A DNA stretch of 64,000 bases, from the IMG/VR virus record IMGVR_UViG_3300019142_000010, positions 1 through 64,000 of that record. One strand, given 5' to 3'. The stretch's first letter is position 1, and each line of letters begins with the position of its first letter. This document shows, one piece after another, positions 54,830 to 62,451 of the stretch. The position numbers were made by a program, and so were the translations under genes. The notes below the pieces were generated by a model. The model saw nothing but the letters and a program-made list of their open reading frames with translations, made no database searches and was not told the origin of the DNA. This DNA is from a virus.

Positions 54830-55324
54830 ATGAAGGGGCTTGCTCGTCACTCACCACGGGCGAACCGCGTTATGACATACCCTCACGTTTCGGTCCAGCT
54901 ACCACCGGCTGGCGAAGGGTTCACGACTTATAATCGGGAACTAAACGGCGCAGACCAATACGGCACCAAATCGACCATCGAGCGGATCGTGGAGATAGGG
55001 CGTCGCTGGCGTGCGTCTTCTGCAATTCCCTTTGCGGTTGGCGACATCAGCCGCAAAGGCGGCGGCGTCATGCCACCTCACAAGAGCCACCAGTTAGGCG
55101 TGGATTTCGATCTGCGGCCTCTCAGGACGGATGGAAAGAACCTTCCCTGTGAATTCTCGGCACGCGAATACTCACGCGACCTCACCCGCCGGCTAATCGG
55201 CGTGATTCGAGAAGTCAACCCGCAGGCGAAAGTATTTTTCAACGATCCGGTGCTCATCAAGGAAGGGCGCTGCGCATTTCTCTCCGGCCACCACAATCAC
55301 CTGCACATTAGATTCGTCGGGTAG
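54830..55324 (+). CDS. Endolysin: MepA-like (peptidase M74 / LAS family) murein endopeptidase
   Basis: The zinc-site motifs PPHKSHQLGVDFDL and GHHNHLHIRF match the H-x-S-H-Q-x-G-x-D-x-D and H-x-H signatures of LAS metallopeptidases. Confidence 0.75.
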   Translation: MKGLARHSPRANRVMTYPHVSVQLPPAGEGFTTYNRELNGADQYGTKSTIERIVEIGRRWRASSAIPFAVGDISRKGGGVMPPHKSHQLGVDFDLRPLRTDGKNLPCEFSAREYSRDLTRRLIGVIREVNPQAKVFFNDPVLIKEGRCAFLSGHHNHLHIRFVG

Positions 55325-55465
55325 CTGCATCCTACCCGGCGAATTTCCGTTTTCGGCTCACAGCACGCATGGCCGCATGCTCGCTGGCACCGGCCGAAGG
55401 CTTTCATCTCCGTGTCCGGGTCTCACCGCCCGCCGCGGACTCCCTCGAAGAAAGAAGATTTCCAG

Positions 55466-55675
55466 ATGAACAAGTTTCTCGCAGCCCTCGCGATTGCAGG
55501 CGTGATTTTGCCGACGGCGCAGCCCGTCGTGGATGCGCTCGGTGGCGACGCGGCCGTCGTCACGCAGATCGGCTCGGCCGTGGTGCTCGCCTCGACGAAG
55601 GCGATCATCGACGTGCAGGCCAAGATCGCCAAACAAAAGGAAAAAACGGCACGCCGGCGCGCAGCGCGCCGGTAA
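55466..55675 (+). CDS. Holin-like small membrane protein (candidate)
   Basis: MNKFLAALAIAGVILP.., a second hydrophobic stretch, and a basic C-terminus KQKEKTARRRAARR. Confidence 0.4.
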   Translation: MNKFLAALAIAGVILPTAQPVVDALGGDAAVVTQIGSAVVLASTKAIIDVQAKIAKQKEKTARRRAARR

Positions 55676-55780
55676 ACGCCCGCAGCTCGCGGCGGGCAGA
55701 CCTCACCACTGCCCGCCGCGTCTCCCCTGTCCCCTGTCAGCCCCCGAATCCTCACGGCTCGCCATGAAAGACCTCTCGCC

Positions 55781-56134
55781 GTGCAACTCAATTTACTCTC
55801 ACTCTTAAAACCCACCGATGTCGCAAAAGACTCCATCCTTCTCGCCGCCTTCACTTCCCCGGCCGCTCTCTGGGCGTCTCTCGACAAAACTATTGTTTTT
55901 GGCGTCCTTAACCTCGTTATTCTCGCGTTCTTTCGCTGGCGCGCGCTTCGTCTTAAAGCGCGTGAAATCGAGCTTCGATACGCTGAGGAATTCGTTTCGC
56001 TCCGCGCCCGTCTCGGCAAATACGAATCGGTCGAATCCTTTTCGCTTCAGGCCAGCGGAAAACCCGGATGGCGCAGAGGGCTCCAAATTCTGGAAAGTCT
56101 CCCACGAAGAGGCCGCACACTGGGCGGCAATTAG
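55781..56134 (+). CDS. Membrane protein (possible lysis accessory)
   Basis: It has a TM helix TIVFGVLNLVILAFF followed by a charged helical region. Confidence 0.35.
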   Translation: MQLNLLSLLKPTDVAKDSILLAAFTSPAALWASLDKTIVFGVLNLVILAFFRWRALRLKAREIELRYAEEFVSLRARLGKYESVESFSLQASGKPGWRRGLQILESLPRRGRTLGGN

Positions 56135-56138
56135 ACGG

Positions 56139-56399
56139 ATGATGCGCACCGAGGCGCGCTGGAAGACCAGGCGCAACACGCGCGGTCTACCGCTCGGCAC
56201 GGGGCGACACATGACGAGCATCGAGACGACGGAAGCGCTGAACCGGCAGGCCAAAGCGCGTGCGTCTCGGCCGTCGAAGTTCGCGCGCCTCGTCGCCAGT
56301 CTCAACAGTTGCGCGCCGGTGCGTGGCCTTGAAGTGCAATATCGCCGTCGGCGCGTCACTGTCATCAACTGCGATCCGATATTCTACAGTGTGGACTGA
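56139..56399 (+). CDS. Possible basic 86-aa protein
   Basis: Only the distal part of ORF 55818-56399 (from MMRTEARW) is non-overlapping and protein-like. Confidence 0.25.
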   Translation: MMRTEARWKTRRNTRGLPLGTGRHMTSIETTEALNRQAKARASRPSKFARLVASLNSCAPVRGLEVQYRRRRVTVINCDPIFYSVD

Positions 56400-56403
56400 C
56401 CAC

Positions 56404-56444
56404 CTGACTTCTGACCTCTGACTTCTCACCCCTGACAAGCTGAC
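56404..56444. repeat. Phased heptamer repeat CTGACnn x5-6 abutting a start codon
   Basis: ctgactt ctgacct ctgactt ctcaccc ctgacaa gctgac, then ATG at 56445. Confidence 0.6.
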
Positions 56445-57404
56445 ATGAGCACTGCAACACCCGCCCCGCACAGCACCGCACAAGAGACGCCGCGCCCGCG
56501 CGTCCTCAAGGCAAAAGACCGCGACGGACGGAAGAGCGGCAAAGGAGCCAGCGCGCCGCCCGAGGCCGCGCCCGCGCGCACGGCGACGTGGGTTGACCGC
56601 TTCGTGCGCCGCGAACTGGAAGACCCGGCGCAATTGCTCGGCAATGACCTGAACTGGCGCGGGCATCCCCGCTACCAGCAGATGGCCATGATCGGGGTGC
56701 TCGAAACGCTCGGCTGGCTCGATGAGGTGAAAGTCAACATCAACACCGGGCGCGTCTTCAACGGCCACATGCGCTGTGAGATTGCGATCTCGAAGGGCGA
56801 GCCGGTGCCGACGAGCTACTACGATCTGACGGAAGAGGAAGAGCGGATGGCGCTGGCCACGTTCGACCCGCTGGCCTCGCTCGCTTTCGTTGCGAGCAAA
56901 GAGAACTACGACGCTCTGGCCGACCTGCCGGGCGTCGCGCAGGCCGCCGACGGGCTGCAAAAGCTCGTGGCGCACATGGCCGGCCGGGGCAACATCCAGG
57001 CGGCCTATGAAACGAATTTTCTCTCAGGATTTTTGGATGCTGCCAGCGCAGAGGCGACGACGACCGCCGGCGCGCAGGCACCGGGAGCTGCTCCGGGCGC
57101 GAGTGGGAACGCGCCCGAATCTGTTGCAGGGGCGGCTTCCGTGGGCGACGGCCAAAGAGGAACAGCGCCGGGTCTGCCGGGGAGTGCTTCGTTAGTGGAG
57201 GCGGAGCATGCAGACCCGAGCGCGGCGGCCGTCGCCGAATATCTCAAGGTCGTCTTCGCGTTTCTGCCGCACCAGAAGCGCGCGCTGTTCGACCTCATCA
57301 ACCGCACGCGCAAGGAGCGTGCGTTGGGCGAGGCGACGCAATCGGAAATTTTATTGATTTTGTTGGGGGTGCCACTGAGCGATGATTCTGATACCGCGAG
57401 CTGA
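56445..57404 (+). CDS. ParB N-terminal-like (ParB/Srx fold) domain protein
   Basis: NWRGHPRYQQMAMIGVLETLGW..VNINTGRVFNGHMRCE follows the N-x-R-x-H..Q..(D/N)GHxR pattern of ParB-like nuclease domains. The C-terminal half is low-complexity. Confidence 0.55.
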   Translation: MSTATPAPHSTAQETPRPRVLKAKDRDGRKSGKGASAPPEAAPARTATWVDRFVRRELEDPAQLLGNDLNWRGHPRYQQMAMIGVLETLGWLDEVKVNINTGRVFNGHMRCEIAISKGEPVPTSYYDLTEEEERMALATFDPLASLAFVASKENYDALADLPGVAQAADGLQKLVAHMAGRGNIQAAYETNFLSGFLDAASAEATTTAGAQAPGAAPGASGNAPESVAGAASVGDGQRGTAPGLPGSASLVEAEHADPSAAAVAEYLKVVFAFLPHQKRALFDLINRTRKERALGEATQSEILLILLGVPLSDDSDTAS

Positions 57405-58113
57405 GAAGGGCGAATCAATCGACGCCCTTGAAACCATGTACCCGTCACGCCTCGTCGTGGCGCGCAACCTTCACACGCAGACCGTCTCGACGACGACGAG
57501 CTACGGCTTCGTGGTCGAGGGTGAAGTGACGTTGCGAGTTGACCTGAACGCCTACGAGCTGTCGCGCGGAAATTTCTTCTGCGTGCCCGGCGCATTCACG
57601 CTGGAGAATTACAGCCCCAACGGGCGAGTGGTCATCATCGAGCGGCTGGGCTATCGCGGGATGCTCTCAATCGGGCGCATCGAGCGGAAAGGCCGGCTGT
57701 CTTACATCGACGGCTGCTCGGATACGCTGCTCGTCGCGCCGCCGCGCCAGGGCGACCCCTGCTTTAACTTCCTGCACTTCCCTCCCGGCATCGACCAGAC
57801 GCAGCACACGCACCCCTCGATCCGCTTCGGCGTGGTCGCGGAAGGGCGCGGCGTGGCTTATCAGGCGACGGGCGCGGCGAGCGTCGGGTGGGAGAAGGAG
57901 TTGAACGAGGGAGACGTGTTCCTGCTCGAAGAACAGGAGCTTCATTCGTTCCGCACGACGCGGCTGCCGGGCGACGCCGGGCCGACGCACATGAACATCA
58001 TCGCATTCCACCCGGATACGGACTGGGGCGCGACCGACCAGAATCACCCGATGCTCAATCGCACCTACATCGGGACGACGCCGACGCCGGCGGGACAGTA
58101 CACCGCCACCTAA
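57382..58113 (+). CDS. Cupin-fold protein (alternative start 57436)
   Basis: Cupin motif 1 is like QHTHPSIRFGVVAEGRG and motif 2 is like GDVFLLEEQELHSF. Confidence 0.55.
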   Translation: MILIPRAEKGESIDALETMYPSRLVVARNLHTQTVSTTTSYGFVVEGEVTLRVDLNAYELSRGNFFCVPGAFTLENYSPNGRVVIIERLGYRGMLSIGRIERKGRLSYIDGCSDTLLVAPPRQGDPCFNFLHFPPGIDQTQHTHPSIRFGVVAEGRGVAYQATGAASVGWEKELNEGDVFLLEEQELHSFRTTRLPGDAGPTHMNIIAFHPDTDWGATDQNHPMLNRTYIGTTPTPAGQYTAT

Positions 58114-58119
58114 CAGCGC

Positions 58120-58335
58120 ATGATTACGCCGACCGGACGGACGACACAGAACACGAGGGAGCGGCTGGCGCTGACGTACAACGAACTGCGCAGCTACGTT
58201 GAACGACAATGCGGCCGCTGCCGCCGCGCCGAGTGCCGGTCATGCGCGATGCTCCGGAGCACCGGGGGCAAGGCGCTCAGAGCAAGATCGGAATGGGCGT
58301 TGAAATGCCCGGATCGCGTTTACACCGTCCGCTGA
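58120..58335 (+). CDS. Hypothetical small protein
   Basis: 71 aa with CGRCRRAECRSC. Confidence 0.35.
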   Translation: MITPTGRTTQNTRERLALTYNELRSYVERQCGRCRRAECRSCAMLRSTGGKALRARSEWALKCPDRVYTVR

Positions 58336-58387
58336 CTTACCCGGTCAGTATCTTCTTTGCAAAGTAAGTTTCCCCATCCTCACGACC

Positions 58388-58828
58388 ATGACCAAGAAAC
58401 TGATATTCGCTCTCGTCAACTTTCTCACGCTCGGCGCGCTGGCTCGCCGGCGACGACGCGCAACAGTCCAGCGCATCCAGGAGCGGACGCGCGCTCTGCT
58501 CGACGGCGCGACCCGGCAAGGCCGCCTCGTGATGGGTAAGGCGTTTCACCGCGCGACCATCTGGAAAGCCCTTGGAGCGCACCCGAAGGCGCGCCTGCTG
58601 CCCCGCAGAGTACGCCGGGCGGCGATGTTCAACGCGGCGAACCACGCGCACCGGTTGGAGCGTGGCATCGAGGTTGAAATGCTATCGCGCGGCCACCAGC
58701 GCCGCATGCGTCGCGGGTACATCGATCCCGCACTACTTTTGCCGACGGTGAAGGCGGGCGCGGACGAGACGCGCAGCTTCACGGCGACGGCAGACCAGGA
58801 ACAGCCGCCCATGCTGGCGGCTGCATAG
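58388..58828 (+). CDS. Hypothetical basic protein with N-terminal hydrophobic segment
   Basis: 146 aa. The start is preceded by catcctcacgacc. Confidence 0.4.
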   Translation: MTKKLIFALVNFLTLGALARRRRRATVQRIQERTRALLDGATRQGRLVMGKAFHRATIWKALGAHPKARLLPRRVRRAAMFNAANHAHRLERGIEVEMLSRGHQRRMRRGYIDPALLLPTVKAGADETRSFTATADQEQPPMLAAA

Positions 58829-59038
58829 TCGCTCCCTGATAGGAGCGACGGCCTCACGCCACCCCGCGCCGGCGAAGACTGGAGATGCACCGAGTCGACC
58901 ACGGGCGGACTAAGCGAACAGGCCACAAGGGAGAGCGGGCGCGCTCGGCTGAATGCGAAAGACGCCCAACAGTGAGACGGCGGCCGTCGTGCTTATTCAG
59001 AGTTGGCGGCCGCCATCTTCACTAGAGGATTTGAGACG

Positions 59039-59425
59039 ATGCCCGGAGTGAATGAACTAACCGAAGAAATCAAGCTGCTGCTCGCGCGGGAAGCGCAGGC
59101 GCCGGAGCGCGCCGACGAGCGGGAAGAGTTCAAGAACCTTCAGGAGCGACCGCAGGAGCTTTCGCCGGAGCGTGAGCGCGAGCTGATCGAAAAGTGGTAT
59201 CGGCCGTCCCCATTTGATTGGGGCGGGGAGATTCATTTCATGCAGACCCGCATCCACGAGCGTGATCTGTTCGTCCGCGAGTATATGCAGGAGCCGATGC
59301 CTCGCACGCCGGGCAACGACGATCTGCGGCGGGAGTTGGAGCGTTTCAAGCATCGTCTCGATGAGCGCAAACATAACCCGGACGTGGACGGCGCGGAGTG
59401 CGAAGTTAGAGGTTGCGACCAATGA
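59039..59425 (+). CDS. Hypothetical charged protein
   Basis: The start MPGVNELTEE has GAGGA upstream. Confidence 0.45.
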   Translation: MPGVNELTEEIKLLLAREAQAPERADEREEFKNLQERPQELSPERERELIEKWYRPSPFDWGGEIHFMQTRIHERDLFVREYMQEPMPRTPGNDDLRRELERFKHRLDERKHNPDVDGAECEVRGCDQ

Positions 59426-59562
59426 TTGAATTATTCCTCGTTTTATTCATCCCGCTGCTGCTCGGCCAGACCGTGCGCAGAGTCAGCCGCGGCTACAACC
59501 CGACCGCTGACATTTCCGAGATCACCGGCCGCCCGGTGACGATTGATGAGGTGCAGGGATGA
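59422..59562 (+). CDS. Small membrane peptide (46 aa, not in ORF track)
   Basis: My own translation gives MIELFLVLFIPLLLGQTVRRVSRGYNPTADISEITGRPVTIDEVQG. ATGA overlaps occur at both ends. Confidence 0.35.
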   Translation: MIELFLVLFIPLLLGQTVRRVSRGYNPTADISEITGRPVTIDEVQG

Positions 59563-59834
59563 AGCTCAGATTGCCCTCGCTCGCCGCATGGTTCTGGATC
59601 GAGGTCGTCGGGTCGGCCGCTCTGCTCGCGGTCTGGCTCATCGCGCCTGAGTGGGAAAACTGCCCGAGCTACATCATCGCGTTCGGTGGCTACATGAGCA
59701 TCGCCGTCAGTACGTCTGTCATCGCCTTCTATCGTTTACCGTGGCGCTCTCTGAGGTGTCTCTTCTCCCATGACGATTATCATCGTCAGCGCGCCAAGGA
59801 TGTGTGGTGTTTGAAGTGCGACCGCTATTTTTGA
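59559..59834 (+). CDS. Small membrane protein
   Basis: 91 aa with 2-3 hydrophobic helices and a C-terminal CLKCDRYF. Confidence 0.45.
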   Translation: MKLRLPSLAAWFWIEVVGSAALLAVWLIAPEWENCPSYIIAFGGYMSIAVSTSVIAFYRLPWRSLRCLFSHDDYHRQRAKDVWCLKCDRYF

Positions 59835-59839
59835 GTTGA

Positions 59840-60628
59840 ATGATGAAGTCAACGGTAGGAAAGAAACAGTCCGCGTATAACTCGGCCTTCGTCGCGCTCG
59901 CGGCGAACATCGAGCAGTACGTCTCGCGCGCCGAGATCGACAACCTGGTTGATAGAACGGTCGCGGAGATTCGGCGCGTGACGGCCGGCAAGCGCGCGGC
60001 CTATGCGTGGTCAGGCGGGAAGGATTCAATCGCCTTGGGGGGCGTCTGCCGTCTCGCCGGCGTTACGCCCTGTCTGCTCGGCATGACGAGCCTGGAATAC
60101 CCGGAAATGCTCGCGTGGCTGACCGACAACATGCCGGACGAGCTGACGGTGATTAACACCGGACAGGACCTGAACTGGCTGGCGAAAAATCTCCAGATGC
60201 TATTTCCGCAGGATGCGAAGACGGCGGCCACGTGGTTCAAGCAGGTGCAGCACCGGGCGCAGGAGCAATACTACCGGCAGGAACGTCTCGACCTCATCAT
60301 CCTCGGCCGTCGCCGCGCCGACGGTAACTATTGCGGCGCTCCGGGCGAGAACGTCTACACCTCGAAGGGCGTCACCAGGTATAGCCCCATCTGGCAATGG
60401 GGACACGAGCACGTGATCGCTTTCAATCACTACTACGGTCTTCCCTGCCCCCCGATCTACACGTGGCCGAACGGGTTTGTCGTCGGCACGGGAGCGTGGG
60501 CGGCCAGACAGTACACCGGCTCCATCGAGAACGGCTGGCGCGAAGTCTTTTCTATTGACCCTTCCGTGGTTGAAGGCGCTGCCACACGGATTGAGTCGGC
60601 GCGCTCTTTTCTGGCGTCGCGGTCGTGA
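59840..60628 (+). CDS. PP-loop ATP pyrophosphatase, PAPS-reductase-like (short form)
   Basis: The PP-loop is YAWSGGKDSIAL. LIILGRRRADG and WQWGHEHVIAFNHYYGLP are typical of the PAPS_reduct family. I did not see a CysH-type ECGLH motif. Confidence 0.75.
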   Translation: MMKSTVGKKQSAYNSAFVALAANIEQYVSRAEIDNLVDRTVAEIRRVTAGKRAAYAWSGGKDSIALGGVCRLAGVTPCLLGMTSLEYPEMLAWLTDNMPDELTVINTGQDLNWLAKNLQMLFPQDAKTAATWFKQVQHRAQEQYYRQERLDLIILGRRRADGNYCGAPGENVYTSKGVTRYSPIWQWGHEHVIAFNHYYGLPCPPIYTWPNGFVVGTGAWAARQYTGSIENGWREVFSIDPSVVEGAATRIESARSFLASRS

Positions 60629-61301
60629 CGGGACGCCGCATTTGATAAGTCAACTGTGAGTGCTGCGCAGAGCCGACGCGGTACACCTCAAACACACAAT
60701 CCTCCGGCAACTCCACCGCATCCTCATCATGAACACGAAACTTGAAGGAACTGAAATAGAACCGGCCGCCGCCGAAACGGAAGAACAGCGGCAGGCGACG
60801 CCGGGTGATGGCGATCTGTCGGCCGACGATCACGCCGACGGCGAAGGCCGGGGCGTCACAGAGCGAGAGCGCATGCAGGAGGCGCTCGCCGGCCGAACCC
60901 TGCTGCCGGGCAACCAGATGAGCCATCACCTCGCTGTCGCAGTCGCTCTGCGTGTCGATGCCATACGCCGCCTTCAGTTCTCGGAAGTTGTACAGGTTGC
61001 CATTGTGTACGAGCAGCGTGGATTGACCAGCCAGGAACGGGTGAAAGTTACGGAGGTCTTCCGACCCGCCGACGGTGGCGAGGCGAGCATGCCCGAGGGC
61101 TACACGAGCCGCGTCGAGTTCATCGAGTACCTGGAGCGACCGGCGCAGCGGCTCGCGGCTCCGGCATGCGTGAAGTTTGTCGGTTTCGTCGAGCCAGCCG
61201 ATGCCGTACCCGTCCATACCCCGACGTCCTGCCCCTTCTGCAATAGACCGCAGAACGCCTTTATCGTGTGAGTCGCCGGCGAAGCCGAAGATGCCGCACA
61301 T
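60552..61301 (-). CDS. Stand-alone class-II (Ntn) glutamine amidotransferase
   Basis: I prefer the ATG at 61301, giving MCGIFGFAG with catalytic Cys2. HARLATVG, NFHPF and LVHNGNLYN match class-II GATase signatures. The ORF-track N-terminal extension overlaps the divergent gene. Confidence 0.75.
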   Translation of the reverse strand: MCGIFGFAGDSHDKGVLRSIAEGAGRRGMDGYGIGWLDETDKLHACRSREPLRRSLQVLDELDAARVALGHARLATVGGSEDLRNFHPFLAGQSTLLVHNGNLYNFRELKAAYGIDTQSDCDSEVMAHLVARQQGSAGERLLHALSLCDAPAFAVGVIVGRQIAITRRRLPLFFRFGGGRFYFSSFKFRVHDEDAVELPEDCVFEVYRVGSAQHSQLTYQMRRPVTTATPEKSAPTQSVWQRLQPRKGQ

Positions 61302-61326
61302 AAATTTTTGATACCTCGAAATAGTC

Positions 61327-62451
61327 GTGACGATTCTCAAGAAACAAACGGTCGATCTGGATGTGCTGACGCTCTCGCGCCGGCGCATCGCTCGTCTCTT
61401 CGATGAGTTCGATGAAGTGTCGGTGATGTTCTCCGGTGGGAAAGACTCAACCGTCGCTCTCAATCTTACACTCGAAGAGGCCGAGCGCAGAAACCGCTTG
61501 CCCTTGGATGTGGTCTTTTACGATGAAGAGGCTTTGCCGCCTGAAACCATTGAATACTGCGAGCGCGTCGCCCGCGATCCTCGTCTCACCTTACGCTGGT
61601 ACTGCCTACCTATCCAGCACCGCAATGCGTGTTCTCGCAAAGCACCCTACTGGCATCCATGGGCTCCTGAGGATCAGCCCTTGTGGTGTCGCACCCTACC
61701 ATCAGGCGCGCTCACAGTATTGAGCGGTTTCAAACGGCAAGCCATCCCCCAGTGTAACGAACTCATCTACCCCGACCGCTCGAAGCGCACGGCCGTCGTC
61801 ATGGGCATCCGCGCCAGCGAATCGCTCCGGCGCTACCGCTCGGTCGCGCAGCGCGTCGAGGACAACTGGATATCGCCCGATCCCAACTGTCCGCACGTCT
61901 CACTGGTCAAGCCGATTTACGACTGGCTGACGGCGGACGTCTGGACGGCTCCGGCCGTCTTCGGGTGGGACTACAACACGACCTACGACGTGCTTTCACG
62001 TCTCGGCATTTCGCCTAACGATCAACGGGTCTGCCCGCCCTACGGGGAAGAGCCGCTTCGTGGTCTGTGGATGTACGCCCAAGGCTGGCCGGAGCTGTGG
62101 GAACGCATGACGCGCCGGGTACCGGGCGCTCGCACGGCCGCGCGCTACTCGCGCTCGCCGCTCTACGGGTTCGGCGCGGACGTCGAGCGCCCGGCCGGGC
62201 TCTCCTGGCAAGAGGCCATCGCGGCAGCGATTGAGAAGTGGCCGGCCGCACAGCGCGCGCTCATCGCCGAGCGCATCCAGTGGGAAGTCGAAAACCACTT
62301 TCGCAAAAATCCTCAGTCGTCCATCCCGGAGACTGACGCAACGATGTATGACGGCGGCGTGACGTGGCGTTTCCTCTACACGCTGGCCGTCCGCGGCGAC
62401 CTCAAAGGGCGCAGGCGTCCCGACATGCACGCGCCGAAGAAAAACGACTAA
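61327..62451 (+). CDS. IbrA-like PAPS-reductase/PP-loop protein with C-terminal extension, paralog 1
   Basis: It has MFSGGKDSTVAL, YDEEALPPETIEY, YWHPWAPED, CPPYGEEPL and ARTAARYSRSPLYG. The length and extension fit the PAPS_reduct+DUF3440 (IbrA) architecture, from memory. Confidence 0.75.
   Translation: MTILKKQTVDLDVLTLSRRRIARLFDEFDEVSVMFSGGKDSTVALNLTLEEAERRNRLPLDVVFYDEEALPPETIEYCERVARDPRLTLRWYCLPIQHRNACSRKAPYWHPWAPEDQPLWCRTLPSGALTVLSGFKRQAIPQCNELIYPDRSKRTAVVMGIRASESLRRYRSVAQRVEDNWISPDPNCPHVSLVKPIYDWLTADVWTAPAVFGWDYNTTYDVLSRLGISPNDQRVCPPYGEEPLRGLWMYAQGWPELWERMTRRVPGARTAARYSRSPLYGFGADVERPAGLSWQEAIAAAIEKWPAAQRALIAERIQWEVENHFRKNPQSSIPETDATMYDGGVTWRFLYTLAVRGDLKGRRRPDMHAPKKND

Noticed and set aside
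55818-56399. An embedded or overlapping o-spanin (Rz1-like) gene in the +1 frame of the TM protein gene.
   Set aside because: There is no N-terminal signal sequence with a lipobox. The only Cys context (ASLNSC) is far from any start codon and lacks a hydrophobic core.
4924-56444. CRISPR array or minisatellite interpretation of the heptamer arrays (4924, 8542, 56404).
   Set aside because: The units are 7 nt with no spacers and only 3-6 copies. They do not fit a 24-48 nt repeat/spacer architecture, and no cas genes are present.
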